Source of the DNA: a virus
IMG/VR virus record: IMGVR_UViG_3300020185_000033
Span: 11,830-75,829 of that record
Length of the DNA stretch: 64,000 nucleotides
Direction: 5' to 3' (one strand)
Shown: piece after piece, positions 44,601 through 50,945 of the stretch
Layout: each line of letters begins with the position of its first letter
How positions within the stretch are numbered: position 1 is the first letter of the stretch
The notes under the pieces: generated by a model
Database searches by the model: none
Told to the model about the DNA's origin: nothing
The model's input: the letters and a program-made list of their open reading frames with translations, nothing else
Position numbers and translations under genes: made by a program

Positions 44601-45720
44601 TATTTCTTTCAAATTCTATAATAGGCCTTACTGCACGTTTGGTTTTTGGAGGTAATTGATCTCCGACATCTAAGAAATTATTCTTATGATGCCAAAAGTT
44701 AATTCTACTCCACACATTGTTATCAGTTGCTCCACGCTCCATAATAATATAGTCGGGATTTTCTTGAGTGTTGTCACTGTCAAAAGGCTCAACATCAAAA
44801 GCGCCTTCTCCGCCTACAGTATATACAAGTTGTGTGCCTAAAGGTGCAACATAACCGCCCCACAGTGCAATGCCTGTATCTGGGTCTGTTTGGTCAAATG
44901 TATAGTCCGGGGTTGGCCAATTATTTTGTCCTGCGGTTGAAACATAATTTTCAACACCTGCTAAACCACCACTGTTAAATTCTGTTGTGCCGTCTGGTAC
45001 AGTTGCAACGAGGTCGTCATCACTATCAATTATAGTTTGGTCATACGGTATATAATCTTCAGTACTGAACACAGTTGCAAAGTTTTGTTCTTTGTCGTGT
45101 AGTATAATACCTTCGCCCACGCCTTCTACAATAAATCGTTTTTCGTTCTTAAATCTATTTGGTATAACATAGTTTCCAGAAAAGGTAACAACCATTCCTG
45201 TTTTAAACTCAACTCCGCTCGGTGTTGTAAATGACTTTTTACCTACAATATCTTTTTCAATGTTTACAGGGTTTGTATCTGTACCTTCTACAATAACTGG
45301 TGTTGGACCGTTTGGGCTCCAAAAATACTCTTGGTAGTTAATGAATTTATCAATACTTATTGGTGGTAAGAACGTATACGCTTCGGTATCAAAGATACTA
45401 TTTTGATTTAGTGTATTAACACCATAACTTTTAAGTACATTAATATAGTCCTCATAGAACATGATATTTGTACTTTTACCCGTTGTTTGGTCAATTGAGC
45501 TTACTGCTGGTTCTAAACTAAATTTATCTCTGTCAGCAGTTGGTTGCAAAATATATGTATCTCTTGCATCTAATAAGTCTTCTTCGCGCCTGCCCACATA
45601 AGCAGACATTGACTCAACGTTTGCTTTACTAAAAAGTTGCTCTACTGTAGTATCGAAAAAATTCTTTATTACAGGAGTCTGGTGAATTACCGGAAGTTTT
45701 GTATATTTTTTATCAGCCAT
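26692..45720 (-). CDS. Giant (6342 aa) virion/baseplate structural protein with a YHYH-like domain and Ig-like inserts
   Basis: Uninterrupted 19-kb ORF directly downstream of the gp6-like wedge gene. It contains DKFINYQEYFW, ERPHTHPWEMLGF, HSPIVGWAFDGFPIYGPYG, DLYDPFKG, KPYSSKIR and PEELV, and is T/S/G/N/D-rich. Confidence 0.8.
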   Translation of the reverse strand: MADKKYTKLPVIHQTPVIKNFFDTTVEQLFSKANVESMSAYVGRREEDLLDARDTYILQPTADRDKFSLEPAVSSIDQTTGKSTNIMFYEDYINVLKSYGVNTLNQNSIFDTEAYTFLPPISIDKFINYQEYFWSPNGPTPVIVEGTDTNPVNIEKDIVGKKSFTTPSGVEFKTGMVVTFSGNYVIPNRFKNEKRFIVEGVGEGIILHDKEQNFATVFSTEDYIPYDQTIIDSDDDLVATVPDGTTEFNSGGLAGVENYVSTAGQNNWPTPDYTFDQTDPDTGIALWGGYVAPLGTQLVYTVGGEGAFDVEPFDSDNTQENPDYIIMERGATDNNVWSRINFWHHKNNFLDVGDQLPPKTKRAVRPIIEFERNIELYNFGTTGKFAVDISTEGYLQSEVVGRPTGASIDSVTLQPGNTILLASDSASISQYAYVINDDGSGNVALSRLADESSPAGLLDGDVGFIPYVAQKGDVITIKFGARYQGIEYHWSGTDWVAGQQKTKINTPIEFVMYDSNKVRLDDDAVYPNSTFTGNNIFGYTPAKVNTTEDTVLGFPLEYKNFNNFSEISFTNHIDDYFESYVPFGGTTKSQIKGYIYYKRNNNDVTYDTAWRPLEDKLQQRVEDRYVISDSDFETSRRLYHISAVPTNSDSDIAGLVEKSIRVYVNGIRTELFSYDSEQIAIKFSSFTFSKFDIIDIFTETKTGYFINANTDGRYHVPGSWHSNLDNADILSISQPEYLEHFKNLLELQEDAKGDSLGANNSADIKTELKYADKILQTDDDLRLSAFLFSNDKFNIKDSMDFVAEEYVKYKNRLKKEIVNFVNGNDYSAMSYGDMLELVIENVIAYNQGKNVFDDTFMIAFGDKYIEEKIVINNVLTKEYTCSHYLDLLKIDNTVYVYESDGVTPDKLLCADIDYAVSSSNGVVTITFTTNYTPTLGNTIKVRLYDANRESAQVPSTPSALGMYPITYPEIITDTSFVSPIKMVVGHDGSKSVALDDVHDFILLEFEKRIYNATLQQFRNSDSLPDLNVTDIRPGRFRTTGRNRDEFYALLRSNFNNYITRNNVDFVKNEFYREDDVWTWNYNAGTPKPAYWRGIFESCYDTERPHTHPWEMLGFTRKPTWWETTYGTDYSSTNVNLWADLEQGIIRQGNRENVTNNRYRENNPYRRIGLAYELPVNASGELIAPANIISTTATTKSTSWTSTTSGTSGADADTILNVDGLSVWEVGTVMNITTHNVMNHPVGNFPTSDNANTIEDKSYSYTIESFVGRVDPSSLGTSYANATSTSNTAIGLATNGALITNANSGIAHSDSTNFTYNSMYRNEVSRDTAGGAPDNNGIYGYIQPSPQAVGLDSWNTTAHSPIVGWAFDGFPIYGPYGYSDRANASSSIKRIESSYSLKTTTRSTIGGLPTGEFVEDYEYSSSTGDLDAYNGRHGITPEFPAGTYYYVATVDADSNPAYPYTTGPSFASTPRTVSTNNNGTATTQDQSLATFTVLSTLDTTYSVNTELTNKNWKFGDNAPVENAWRISEGYPFAVMQALLLAQPGKFASVFSDPRKPFRGLANSKQLLDRDTKRRIKTKLVDIHGEINASEQTVYTVGFTQFIHAFMKFQGLNTTAEFVKPYRSIISKLGHKFAGYIDKDTMTVFSDSYSSTGNSSSLILPQEDIEVNVHVGPYSTTNDFTGVLITYTTDGKYKIDGYNSVKRFFEIEESNTSGPATEVTVGGEPVEFANYSNSTNYQIGSIVKSGYNFYRAKEFAPAGSVVTDTAIWQRLPSLPMTGAAEATLYLTGTGTIKKVEYGTVLDTVNEVFDFLNSLGRKQEAMGFDFGEFNGDINDVNNWLYSGRQFLFWSIGKWAAGNTLSLSPLASGVKFTAPIGRVSKIIDVDQSQYSILDQEGRSIKTSECEIIRDTNKITINPPEGKQIYGVILYTNEIEHAMVLSNKTIFGDTIFDNVLSQRQRRIKIKGKRTANWNGTLTADGYIITDNGLKPNFDTLAGDMGKYNEIGHVPVEKQLYEASRRQYGYEERKYLREFELTQDDQYDFYSGMIRSKGTKNSIEVLLNSDKVLVPGSVAIYDEWALKAGDFGDIENYQTIDLKIAESEITNERQLIQVAYPEDIVSKVNEVEVLDRTTKFYQRPFLEIEPPPADIPGSFEYGGGTTAKATVNIGTDGRISDVTVDEPGYGYTINPSVTVVAAQLFTANITTSFLKPYAVSTSNITVADLTSAGNILITDHFSSNVNTVIDLSSVTTVEDVANAINNTAEISANISATFTRTAGTGTEEFFLTIKGNDFTLAEQGAGSTLESTLNLPAKRYQPRQRYSFETANSTTFSDIIVSVDGATTTGNIVGTPPGSHDWEFDEGSRTTIVTNALLSGNISQSFTFTPVSVSDGITTTDEIAADNLQIINGSYPHVDVEINGIKLPETSEEALYTITSNVSSGESTITFLDCGAIPGSPIQPNSTIEIIERGTIDLEDSYQGDLPGSSLNIKVFANDALAAKLTQIRTFEIYPDSKDDATILIDVDDPLRLTVRPTDMAEKGLWPMTSSVSYVGMVDSKYAPLPNSGYVSKYNVQYQAFDIYDFENLFDITKITRTNKLPKVNDTVHFAKGEHEEFEVYKLTDTGATISYVEYDNTVGTSFLWADVKLSDIILDNNDNANTSTEYDHTKWFDQVLALKGDNVISDAYKDLVSFDGNPIYVTEQAEVDHPVTRFVSEEKVAEQSVEMGNIEYTIPAVNSILEIRPQLSGNIISAEPVALQHAYQFARATVPTTTDITIFRSVDAVPDMRIVNNQLTFTINNGATDGVAIGHYLKFNDNSGSNLNGNIFQVANLTGAGDVQLYANTTVLGGMTNTVPKANISFINFGKNKTGNTSIDYDVQMYSPGHDFRTGTEIVFDVDNLGGSAGEVFTVNATTNDTFTVGSRLYGTNSSLDVITDSANVSLAKTTLKITAVPNSISTMGHSYEEISDALVNGITVRFKDASGTELAGNSFAPKNIRGERVLNKDLITDSVGKLGNVSVPLQGTVENSVVSGTIVDVTTPELIEPGMYLFHESIAEPVEVMSVNFDFDNEGSEPARFIESANATNNTLTLSSTSNIRVGDFITLTGVIDAEEDTVTVASISGRDITLSQGITSVTTVGITPEGEPYNILWDETQFDYYDITLADGRVINNNDTLKFRHKGDGQVANVTVKNTVTLSSNDTIEFAKAIREIVPGTPAETVDLVVFDIELDTYTGGNLDETNLSFTINEATKITTDADLSTLENLGYVKINKMSPELIIQKIRKLDTTTNSFVILDTMLAPIEDEFTVARDVTANTTISVVGTTNRLVIGMNVSGTGVPANTKVESVSDNETDITLTNAVTLSAGATIQTTMTLYEEATFMSANTVITTREDHSFATDGSDKLIGKEITVNAFEPDYYNNTFTVVDIPTANTIVVDYPGFAHPYQIGGETYSSRFEYLMHGEDANKLTGKAGFIPFLIADHLGDIKMNGADVVKGAYPWHSVEQYANDIRDTMYSKAGTVVKKGSFGINMNFINIKDAVAAYQAAGGRPDARPGAKAAPLSVGTTKKSTAPAMTTAKVTFGPQQPPGYVAPEPATAGNPQNTFNDLMNTIQTTTKNSQPKEKPTLTPQEIANQALVAGLKNLVDNVLPHQQTMVSPQAQTYLQNNQQGYSLGGGQLTDDNITYGDGGSSWGTEQSVYNHVTGAWESVEVGTSWERDGVTYTMMSDGTIEADDGTIWVTSSTRTEKGTMGALGDQFSDYGKKYGVGGSLTVSPNNPALTGKIALFNDVQLGATVTEEMPGLTIKHANVDCADLIPHTHAYELQSKSCFIDANGYNGAGTEIQIWKCKNATDPKHGKCSKETETRYVDGIASCYKPYAESFTALWNKDVANEGTSATFTVTADNVVAGETIEVDATGSVDLIGVTDISGGITSPFTMTFSVDGNGKGTATKTVQFVADSNTEGQETLKFKLRGTTNKGSITGGPADTVAVGDTSLDPVPTYTNIQADKSKVSENGERIEFTVSGKNLQSGATLTATMTGVQRADFDSGGDLSDSMTITFDMVPTNGNNWIGTASVVTKEDVLTEGSETLILTPAGADSNGASEGLSDIGTASVVIDDTSVSPVPDFEEVDYYLYHSNGPTTEITSFHLAADTSINKTLNIFFNMYGAADRMDVYQGTTKGNTQRHVASTSSNPNCTTLTTAERNRFDEIKTNLSGGDGYLTGYADMGGITAGGGRKNVGKCFFNYRPGNGRWITVKTTRGIGGTGSSVFLWAADRFLIDRGQNPWYFEQSNGSQGTGAQTGGASNQGGAGVGNENGQGGGSNSGGNTNQRRNSQRNNQGCTSVQYNTVSGNKTGSTTHQVNQVGHQVHVNPVAVAQYNGLTNPYIGAYINLVGNGPGLGTKPNIRGGAQTTTVKRFDNQESFYKGSITASATNFNNSGSQPTGPLSGRPSFAAADGSFVPSTKSPIPDNSAFNPHSNPQKPKPRVMTISLLKKNKTGMYGPLIVGASQGALSIPMDEYCMGKKVKFCADNKWINPGANGPAGIASSHSIYSVRAGDSFWINNTQITLTGVTSTESMRAAIQQSSIGGAVDVTEIDDGYGGRCVEVRMRDNTPDPIILRNGCKGGELKEVLDYTVNNKKNYAYGETTTLAGTRTSTTNVSTDISADTDSDANTAAVKVGSVSTTASGTDYITNTITAQQRLARKKPSTITQGFNGSGYERDDILRAVGGIAVSQQSNPAFSGGEGLGIYGISFAQGGFGYGKINPATGEYENDGSTRVIVGGPGQSGYGFEFDERDIKIDPTTGALIGVNWTDGVTNYQGLPAIPTGNNDGTGLFGQNYVYNNPPTVTIVGKGRRAKGIVIFNADAPSNQEEVAVFKVTDVDDDGAILELKILNRGLYQTFPGDLNSGVPLEYHVSKLNNDGQASAGGGLAFSPAGVGSVPPVQRSQGKGGRVFLTGRLIGDCTQKGTAIQDMGLTEGVQKGKNYEQSLVDYINDHSTKDPNGFPYFSASLETGGGLPGIIITTEEGDGFDIKGSEPGMLKEMNIDEGAYIPEIPPIIDVVSGGPAWSGNRDKTGGPNGDGLDINGNAIASGTGPDANKSIRFKSTNPFGISSSIGDLVASGELYKYELRRLDGSSPINITATDVSAMHVNAYALQSQRIGNDLHANGAIKVDVSNLSNVWIDDYQNTGKWAYLENNTVIRQQEKLVDTKFIRDVFTYDEASAEKEFDVDLYDPFKGILPGFIGKEIDFKTERDPVVYDPRKVKYGKKDVGLRWWDTSTLRYTWYEQGLGTYGSLGYNNYERSQNWGEMFPGSRVVIYEWVESLTAPTTSRDYITEVHPDINGKPQTFYYFWQTGLTVVSDAARVNFQKERSVAEITRLLQNLDAERVPYTGIISPDGLVVNTMGSLIKTDDSILSVNFKRKDTENAQKHSSWSLAGEGDRDGTIPDNLSVKLIDSLAGFNALDQAVPGSGLSVSERYGSKFRPRQTMFKDIKKARKQMFVILNDIFKQIQMESTFLNWRDNLPTAYSYIERVNWYEHLRTDKTNNAVIYYDNTYKPLRKVTDTKQFDLLQNVLDKSIIQVQKNDSTRYTLYEYTKKTDTFKLIAMENETIRWVKSVYSSGQSLTLGKEVRQILDVLYKHVFVDTYAVHWNKFFFEMLKYAYAEQGELDWAFKTTYLKIVKEETDLIPFKGFKIDNFDKAVEYFNEVKPYSSKIRNYSDIKKAPVEIMSGSTSDFDRPPFYDEDTKSVRILDSNNADDLVVLNTDKDYTGFSSTPSKIRSLDQTIVFDRVKGALYENSTGGAVQTIIADGTASVFNLNFAVEDSDRLQIFVNGKKVDKTSTSAGATITNYAVDVGNSFISFSNDANVNNAIGLPNNGDKIEVKYIDGFDPTLETMNVSIAKNIVAVETASNTSISNTSLQWTAPERLWKFNPAVRTEVTNAFDLAYGVGAGSNTAITTNISLVTDMVNSGNLTTALNLVKSKVHATFQGQELDGNIFTDVVPGTHPTTHYTDTRGFDTFGWDDGLFDREVEVNNFIGIFDEDTQGNVNYRVDDQTVYGFDSVTFLKSQYGPDRPEELVVVQPLETLVMDVTTQGNVQISQDSTDVRFMVFMDIFGHTEYYRRNVTPLTTVATELEVWDNEIIFADVSKLPRATKQDRAVIWINGERIEYEQVNTLTNSISGIIRGTKGTTPNTIIQVGAHVYNGEETENIRLRDANGKLIRDPEDFNWIKPVEIFDDTIPFDDDWDGNGSLTVTSANVNYANVTYDGDAGNITYGFDSSWLEDNSNVTFANANVAGAFKPTSNEVENFTLPSFDIDEVNGWDSGDKEQKEAGSLTDKGTVLKSNVSIIDFLHNFE

Positions 45721-45725
45721 GTTTA

Positions 45726-48700
45726 TTAATATCCACTTGAGTCGCTTGAGTTATTGCCTGAACTACTTGCACTAGTACCTGAAATCTGATTATTGATTAC
45801 ATTGTCCTGCGTGGTAGTTGCTGTATTCGTACCTTCTTCTGCTACATAGTTGCCCATGTACGTTGTTATGCCGTTAGGCATAAAAAATGTCTTTCCAAAG
45901 AAATCATGTGTATGAGATGTTCCGTTACCCACAAAGTCTGATGCTTCTTTAGTTGGGTACAACGGATAGTAACCGTTGATTGCGAATGGGCCAATTTCAC
46001 TTTCTGGATTTTCATATGCAGTAAATGTTGGAGTACCACTTGCAGGTTTAATATTGTCTTTAGTAATTTTGTCAACTATGTCAATGTCGTCGACAGATGC
46101 TGTACTTAAAAATAACTCGTCACTGTCGCTTTTCACTTGAAATAAATCTCCAAATACGCCTGATGTTTTCTTGGGCACAATAACAATACTACCAATTGAG
46201 TTACCTACTTGTTGATGTATGTAACTACTCAATTCTGTGAAGTAGAATGTATCGCCAAATTCCCAATTATCTATACTGAAATATTTAGTAATAGCAGTAG
46301 CAATATTGGTTTTAATCTCGTTGTCACTTAACGAGGTACCAGGTAATCTTACTACCTTGAATCTTGCTTGTAACTCTGCTAACGCATCGTTACCGAATAA
46401 TAACTTAAATCTGCCACTTTTGAATAAAATTTGATCACTAGCCGCTTTGTAAGTTTGTAAATTTTGGAACTCTGTTTCAAGTTCTAATGTGGATGGCTCT
46501 TCGGGCCATGCTGTTCCTGGAACATTAACATACGAAAGTACTTGGTCATAGTAGTTGTCTGTTAGCACGAAAAATTCGTGTACATTACTAATACTAGGAT
46601 CTATTCGCATATCGTTATTTGCTATGTGGTTCCATTTAAATACTACACTCTCTTGTGTAGAATTATTTGTATCTTGAGTAAAACTTTTACCAATCTTAGC
46701 TCTGTGTTTTGAGCTTTCGTAGTTGTTGACTACATCGAGATTCGTACTGCTGTAAGATAACAAGTAAATTTTGCCTGTATCTTTTGCATAAACTTTTTTG
46801 TTATGTAATTTACCTTGTGTATTATTAAATGTATCCACAATGGCCTTTGTCTTAACTAAAATAATATCATAGTCTGCTAGGCTATAATATGTGCCTGTTA
46901 AATTCAATGCACTACCAGTAGAATTACCTGCAATTTTATCTCTTGTTGCACTAAAGTTTACACCTGGTTCTCTGCGTAAGTCCAATATACCTGTCTTAAC
47001 AGGCTTCGTATATGTGTAACCGTCGAAACTATCAAAGTCTTCAAAAATAACAATATCGCTTGGCCCAACAAACTCTTCGAATTGAATAGGGTTATCAGGA
47101 CTATCATCGTTAGTGGAATTAAAAGGAGTTACTTGTACTTTTCTTGCATCGGTATGTCCATCTGGATATATAAAGTTTTTAACAGCACTCCACACAATAG
47201 GGGATTCCAGTCTATCTTTTGATCTCACATAGTCTACGTTAATAAGATCTTTACTTGACAAACCAGAACTGTCAATTGCATAGTGCCTTGTAGTATTAAA
47301 ATTAGTTATTGTTAATGTTCCTGACTGTGTAGAAACATTTGCGTTAGAAACATAAATGTGTCCGCCACCGGCATTTGATTCTATATTGGACTCAAATAAT
47401 GCAGAGTCACGTTTATACGCAATGTTACCACTAGCATTTAATATTGGAAATCCAAATGTTGTACTATTAAAGTCTATGTCTAACTTGCTCGGCAGTGAGT
47501 GTACAACACCTGTGTTGTTTGCAATAGTAACATTGATGTTACTTGTTAAATCTGATGTATCGAAGTTAGAGCCTAACGGTATAGTTAGGTTGTGTACAAA
47601 AGTATTACCGCTAGAATCACCATTTTTGAATATACCAAAGTTCGAGTTCAATGTAAACTCAACCTGACTGTAATTTACGCTTCTGGATTTTAATGGAATA
47701 TCATTAAAGTTAACACCGTCTTTAGTTGAATACCATTTATCGCCAATATAGTCTGGTGTAGGCGATGTAGTATCTCTCCATTCAAAGCCTTCTTGTGTTT
47801 GACCTTGGCTGTTAAGAGTGGTTAGTTCTAATGTGTCGTATTTTGCTCTACCTGTAAAACTGTCTACAATTCTGTTTTGATTTATGTTGTAGAATCTGCA
47901 ATCTTCGTAACTTTCGAATATGTATTTAGTACCTCTTAGTTCCACATTATATCTAAACGACAATGTGTCAATTGGCTCATATGAAAACTTCATAATCCAA
48001 CTTCTATCTCTGTTGTTGCCTGAAGTGTCTTCTGCGTTACCTATGTCAAATGTTCTGTTCAAATCAATGTCGTTGTTATTGATAACATAAAACGTATCAC
48101 TTGTAGCATTGTACCCAATGCCAAATGATTGTTTTTGGCCAATTGCTGTAGCAATTCTTGTTGCTTCAACTTCGTAGAACTTACTTCTCAATGTAGTAAT
48201 AATTTCCTTTCCAGTCCAACCGTCTCTTACATTTTCGCTTAATGCGAATGGACCGTTTGCTGTAGTACTAGAGCTAACACGTCTGCCGTTATCTCTAACA
48301 GAAACAATTTTAACCCATTTATATTTCGTAATATCGTCAGGGTCTACAAATTTTATCATGTGCCCTGGTTGTATAAGCGCCAAGGCTACTTTGGAAATAT
48401 TTACATCACTTATTGTACCACTGGTCGTAAATGTTTCTGTCATGTACCCTGTATCGTTTTCAGTTGTCTTAGGCAAAGTCTTCCATACTATACCGTACTG
48501 ATCTAACTTAAATTTATTTGGTTGTGTTTCGATCCACTTATTTCTGAAATCACTGTAAATAAAATCTCTTAATTCCAAATTCTTCAAATAAGTTGTGAAC
48601 ACTTTTTCAATTTGTTCGGATGCTGTATTGTTGCCATCAATGATAAATGAATAGCTCTGTGGAGAATCTTCTTTGTATAATGCTCCATCTTCAGCAATAG

Positions 48701-50135
48701 TTGTTGTTGTCTGGAATGTGCTAGTAGGATCAGTAATATCGATATACCTACTATGTCCAGCATGTGTTTTATTAGTAACTTTTAGTTTTCTAATGTTATT
48801 ACTTTTTGCTAAAGGTAACACTTGATAATCTTGTGCTGACACCATTCTGTCTTGGGCATAGTATGCCTGTGGTGCTCTTTCTTTTATGCCTGCTAATGTT
48901 TCTGAAGGTAATGCATTATTAATACTAGTTTGTAGTCTAGCAGTAATAGTTAACACATATTTTTGACCAGCAGGTGTCTCATAAGTAATATCAGTTGAAA
49001 CGTTGCCAATATCATCTGGCTGTATGCTATACCTTTCGTCGGCACTTGCTCTATAAAATGCTCTATAGTTTCCTACTGGAACATTAGCAAAGTTACCATC
49101 AGCAAACTGTAATTTAATACCGCCTGTGCCTAAGTTTTGGACAGCATATAAGTTAGGCGAGTTTTTTGCTAAAGTATTGTACTGAAGTGTTTGCCCAACT
49201 GTGTTAGGAATCTTTTTCCACTTGGACAAAACACCACCGATTGTACTTACTTGTTGAAAAAATACATCATTTTCATTAATACCGTCAACCGCAATTGTTT
49301 GCGATCTGTTTTCTTCTGGTGTTTCAAAATTGTAACTCTCTGTTTGCAATACTCCTTGTTTGAACATCAAGAAGAATCCGTTATTTGCACTAGAAAGTCC
49401 CATCCCGTCATTTCGATGGATTATACCAAAGTTGTCTGCAGGGTCAGGATGCTTTTCGAAGAAAAAGTTATTATCTTCGAAATCTGCATTTACAATTTCA
49501 AAATCCCTACTTACACCGTTTATACTCTTTTTAAACTTGTAAACAAATGGCGCATTTATTTGAGTGTTAATTTCATATAAGTCGGTAATAATATCGTTAA
49601 TAGAACCAGTTTTAACTGGCTTACTGAATCTATTTACATTGCCAAAGGCATTGTTCATTATTGTAATGAACTGCTCGTAACTGTCAGGATTGTTAGCATC
49701 ATTCCAAGTAACAGCTCTGTTACCTATTTGTGTGCCTGCACTATCCGTTAATGGCTGTGTGGTGCTAACACTTACAACTTTTAGTAAGCCACTTGCGGAA
49801 ATATTTCTTTTAGGATTATATCCTAACTGTCTTGCAAGTTTGTAAACAGAATCTTTTCTCTCTGCTGTTTCTAAAAAGTTCTCTCTTGTATTAACATCCA
49901 TTCTAAATGCAATACTTTGAGCCAAGTATGCAAGTAATTCTATAATAGCAATAAACTCTGAACTTTCGATATAATCGTTGAAGTTTTCAGGGAAATTAGT
50001 TCTGATATATTCTATCATTGCGGTGCGAATAGTTTCAAAATCGTATGCTTGGAAGTTTACATTACTATATGCCTTGTAGGCTATGTCCCAATCTTCCGCC
50101 GCAAATAAGTTGTTTTGTCTGTTGCTAGTTGCCAT
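45726..50135 (-). CDS. Baseplate wedge subunit (T4 gp6-like, extended)
   Basis: YDFETIR...ENFNDYIESSEFIAIIELLAY...ENFLETAERKDSV..LA..LGYNP, FADGNF, ETLAGIKERAP...QDRMVSAQDY and WEFGDTFY. Confidence 0.85.
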   Translation of the reverse strand: MATSNRQNNLFAAEDWDIAYKAYSNVNFQAYDFETIRTAMIEYIRTNFPENFNDYIESSEFIAIIELLAYLAQSIAFRMDVNTRENFLETAERKDSVYKLARQLGYNPKRNISASGLLKVVSVSTTQPLTDSAGTQIGNRAVTWNDANNPDSYEQFITIMNNAFGNVNRFSKPVKTGSINDIITDLYEINTQINAPFVYKFKKSINGVSRDFEIVNADFEDNNFFFEKHPDPADNFGIIHRNDGMGLSSANNGFFLMFKQGVLQTESYNFETPEENRSQTIAVDGINENDVFFQQVSTIGGVLSKWKKIPNTVGQTLQYNTLAKNSPNLYAVQNLGTGGIKLQFADGNFANVPVGNYRAFYRASADERYSIQPDDIGNVSTDITYETPAGQKYVLTITARLQTSINNALPSETLAGIKERAPQAYYAQDRMVSAQDYQVLPLAKSNNIRKLKVTNKTHAGHSRYIDITDPTSTFQTTTTIAEDGALYKEDSPQSYSFIIDGNNTASEQIEKVFTTYLKNLELRDFIYSDFRNKWIETQPNKFKLDQYGIVWKTLPKTTENDTGYMTETFTTSGTISDVNISKVALALIQPGHMIKFVDPDDITKYKWVKIVSVRDNGRRVSSSTTANGPFALSENVRDGWTGKEIITTLRSKFYEVEATRIATAIGQKQSFGIGYNATSDTFYVINNNDIDLNRTFDIGNAEDTSGNNRDRSWIMKFSYEPIDTLSFRYNVELRGTKYIFESYEDCRFYNINQNRIVDSFTGRAKYDTLELTTLNSQGQTQEGFEWRDTTSPTPDYIGDKWYSTKDGVNFNDIPLKSRSVNYSQVEFTLNSNFGIFKNGDSSGNTFVHNLTIPLGSNFDTSDLTSNINVTIANNTGVVHSLPSKLDIDFNSTTFGFPILNASGNIAYKRDSALFESNIESNAGGGHIYVSNANVSTQSGTLTITNFNTTRHYAIDSSGLSSKDLINVDYVRSKDRLESPIVWSAVKNFIYPDGHTDARKVQVTPFNSTNDDSPDNPIQFEEFVGPSDIVIFEDFDSFDGYTYTKPVKTGILDLRREPGVNFSATRDKIAGNSTGSALNLTGTYYSLADYDIILVKTKAIVDTFNNTQGKLHNKKVYAKDTGKIYLLSYSSTNLDVVNNYESSKHRAKIGKSFTQDTNNSTQESVVFKWNHIANNDMRIDPSISNVHEFFVLTDNYYDQVLSYVNVPGTAWPEEPSTLELETEFQNLQTYKAASDQILFKSGRFKLLFGNDALAELQARFKVVRLPGTSLSDNEIKTNIATAITKYFSIDNWEFGDTFYFTELSSYIHQQVGNSIGSIVIVPKKTSGVFGDLFQVKSDSDELFLSTASVDDIDIVDKITKDNIKPASGTPTFTAYENPESEIGPFAINGYYPLYPTKEASDFVGNGTSHTHDFFGKTFFMPNGITTYMGNYVAEEGTNTATTTQDNVINNQISGTSASSSGNNSSDSSGY

Positions 50136-50137
50136 GT

Positions 50138-50509
50138 TTAAATCTCTCTGCTATCCTGTGTGTATTCCACAAGCAGGGTTTCTTCATCTAGAAAAGGCTT
50201 AAGAGTTAATTGAACTTGCACTCTAATTGTATGATCAAGCACTGTAGTAAAAATTGATTGAACATTGATCCTCGGATCTTTAGTGCATATTCTTATAACT
50301 TCGTCTTTAACTTCTTGCTCTACATATGAATCTAAAGGATTCATAATAATATCATAAATAGTAGTACCAAACTTAGGACGCATTACTCTCTCGCCTCGTC
50401 TAGTGTACAATTCGTTCAAAAGGTCAATCTTCACTACTTCACCATTAGTAACGGTGTAAGGAGGTCTAATTTTTCCTATTGTACTAAAGCCTTTATATAT
50501 GTTTGCCAT
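50138..50509 (-). CDS. Baseplate wedge subunit (T4 gp25-like)
   Basis: YKGFST...VKIDLLN...TRRGERVMRPKFGT.I...DPR is the gp25/GPW signature. The start is at ATG 50509. Confidence 0.88.
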   Translation of the reverse strand: MANIYKGFSTIGKIRPPYTVTNGEVVKIDLLNELYTRRGERVMRPKFGTTIYDIIMNPLDSYVEQEVKDEVIRICTKDPRINVQSIFTTVLDHTIRVQVQLTLKPFLDEETLLVEYTQDSREI

Positions 50510-50514
50510 ATCAA

Positions 50515-50546
50515 TATTTATCACACTTAGTTAAAACTAGTTTTAA
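50515..50546 (-). promoter_or_regulatory. Putative late promoter, TTAAAA-N18-GATAAATA, with a perfect 16-bp palindrome
   Basis: ttaaaactagttttaa (50531-50546) is a perfect palindrome. GATAAATA is at 50522-50515 and the ATG follows 5 nt later. Confidence 0.7.
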
Positions 50547-50575
50547 TACAGCCTAAAAAGGCACCAAAAAAAAGG

Positions 50576-50604
50576 TTGACTTTGGGTATAATAGAATACA
50601 TAAT
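50576..50604 (+). promoter_or_regulatory. Sigma70-type (early) promoter
   Basis: TTGACT-N17-CATAAT with an A-tract upstream. It precedes the plus-strand cassette. Confidence 0.7.
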
Positions 50605-50660
50605 ACTGAAGCATAAAACATTTTATGTAATTTTTTTCACTACGAAATATAGGACAGTTA

Positions 50661-50945
50661 ATGAAAAACGTTTTAGACAAATTTAACAGCATTGTTGAGC
50701 TTGCCGATAAGGCAAATAAGGTTATTGCAAGTAATGGCTACAAGTGGACTACTGGCTACGGGCCTAGGTTCAGAAAGATGATGCATTTTGATAACAGACG
50801 AGTACACTCTGTTGGTATATACGATTACCATGAGAAGAAATATATACTTTTTGAGATGGTAAACATGGTTGGTCAGTCGAAGCACTCGGTTCCAAAAGAG
50901 TTGCGTCAGATGGAGAGACTGATATTAGATGCCAAAATTGCCTAA
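50661..50945 (+). CDS. Hypothetical protein
   Basis: 94-aa ORF with AGGA upstream, downstream of the sigma70-like promoter. Confidence 0.7.
   Translation: MKNVLDKFNSIVELADKANKVIASNGYKWTTGYGPRFRKMMHFDNRRVHSVGIYDYHEKKYILFEMVNMVGQSKHSVPKELRQMERLILDAKIA

Noticed and set aside
26692-45720. Inteins or an alternative genetic code as the reason for the giant ORF
   Set aside because: I saw no intein C1...HN/C termini or LAGLIDADG blocks. TAA, TAG and TGA all end well-defined genes elsewhere in the window.
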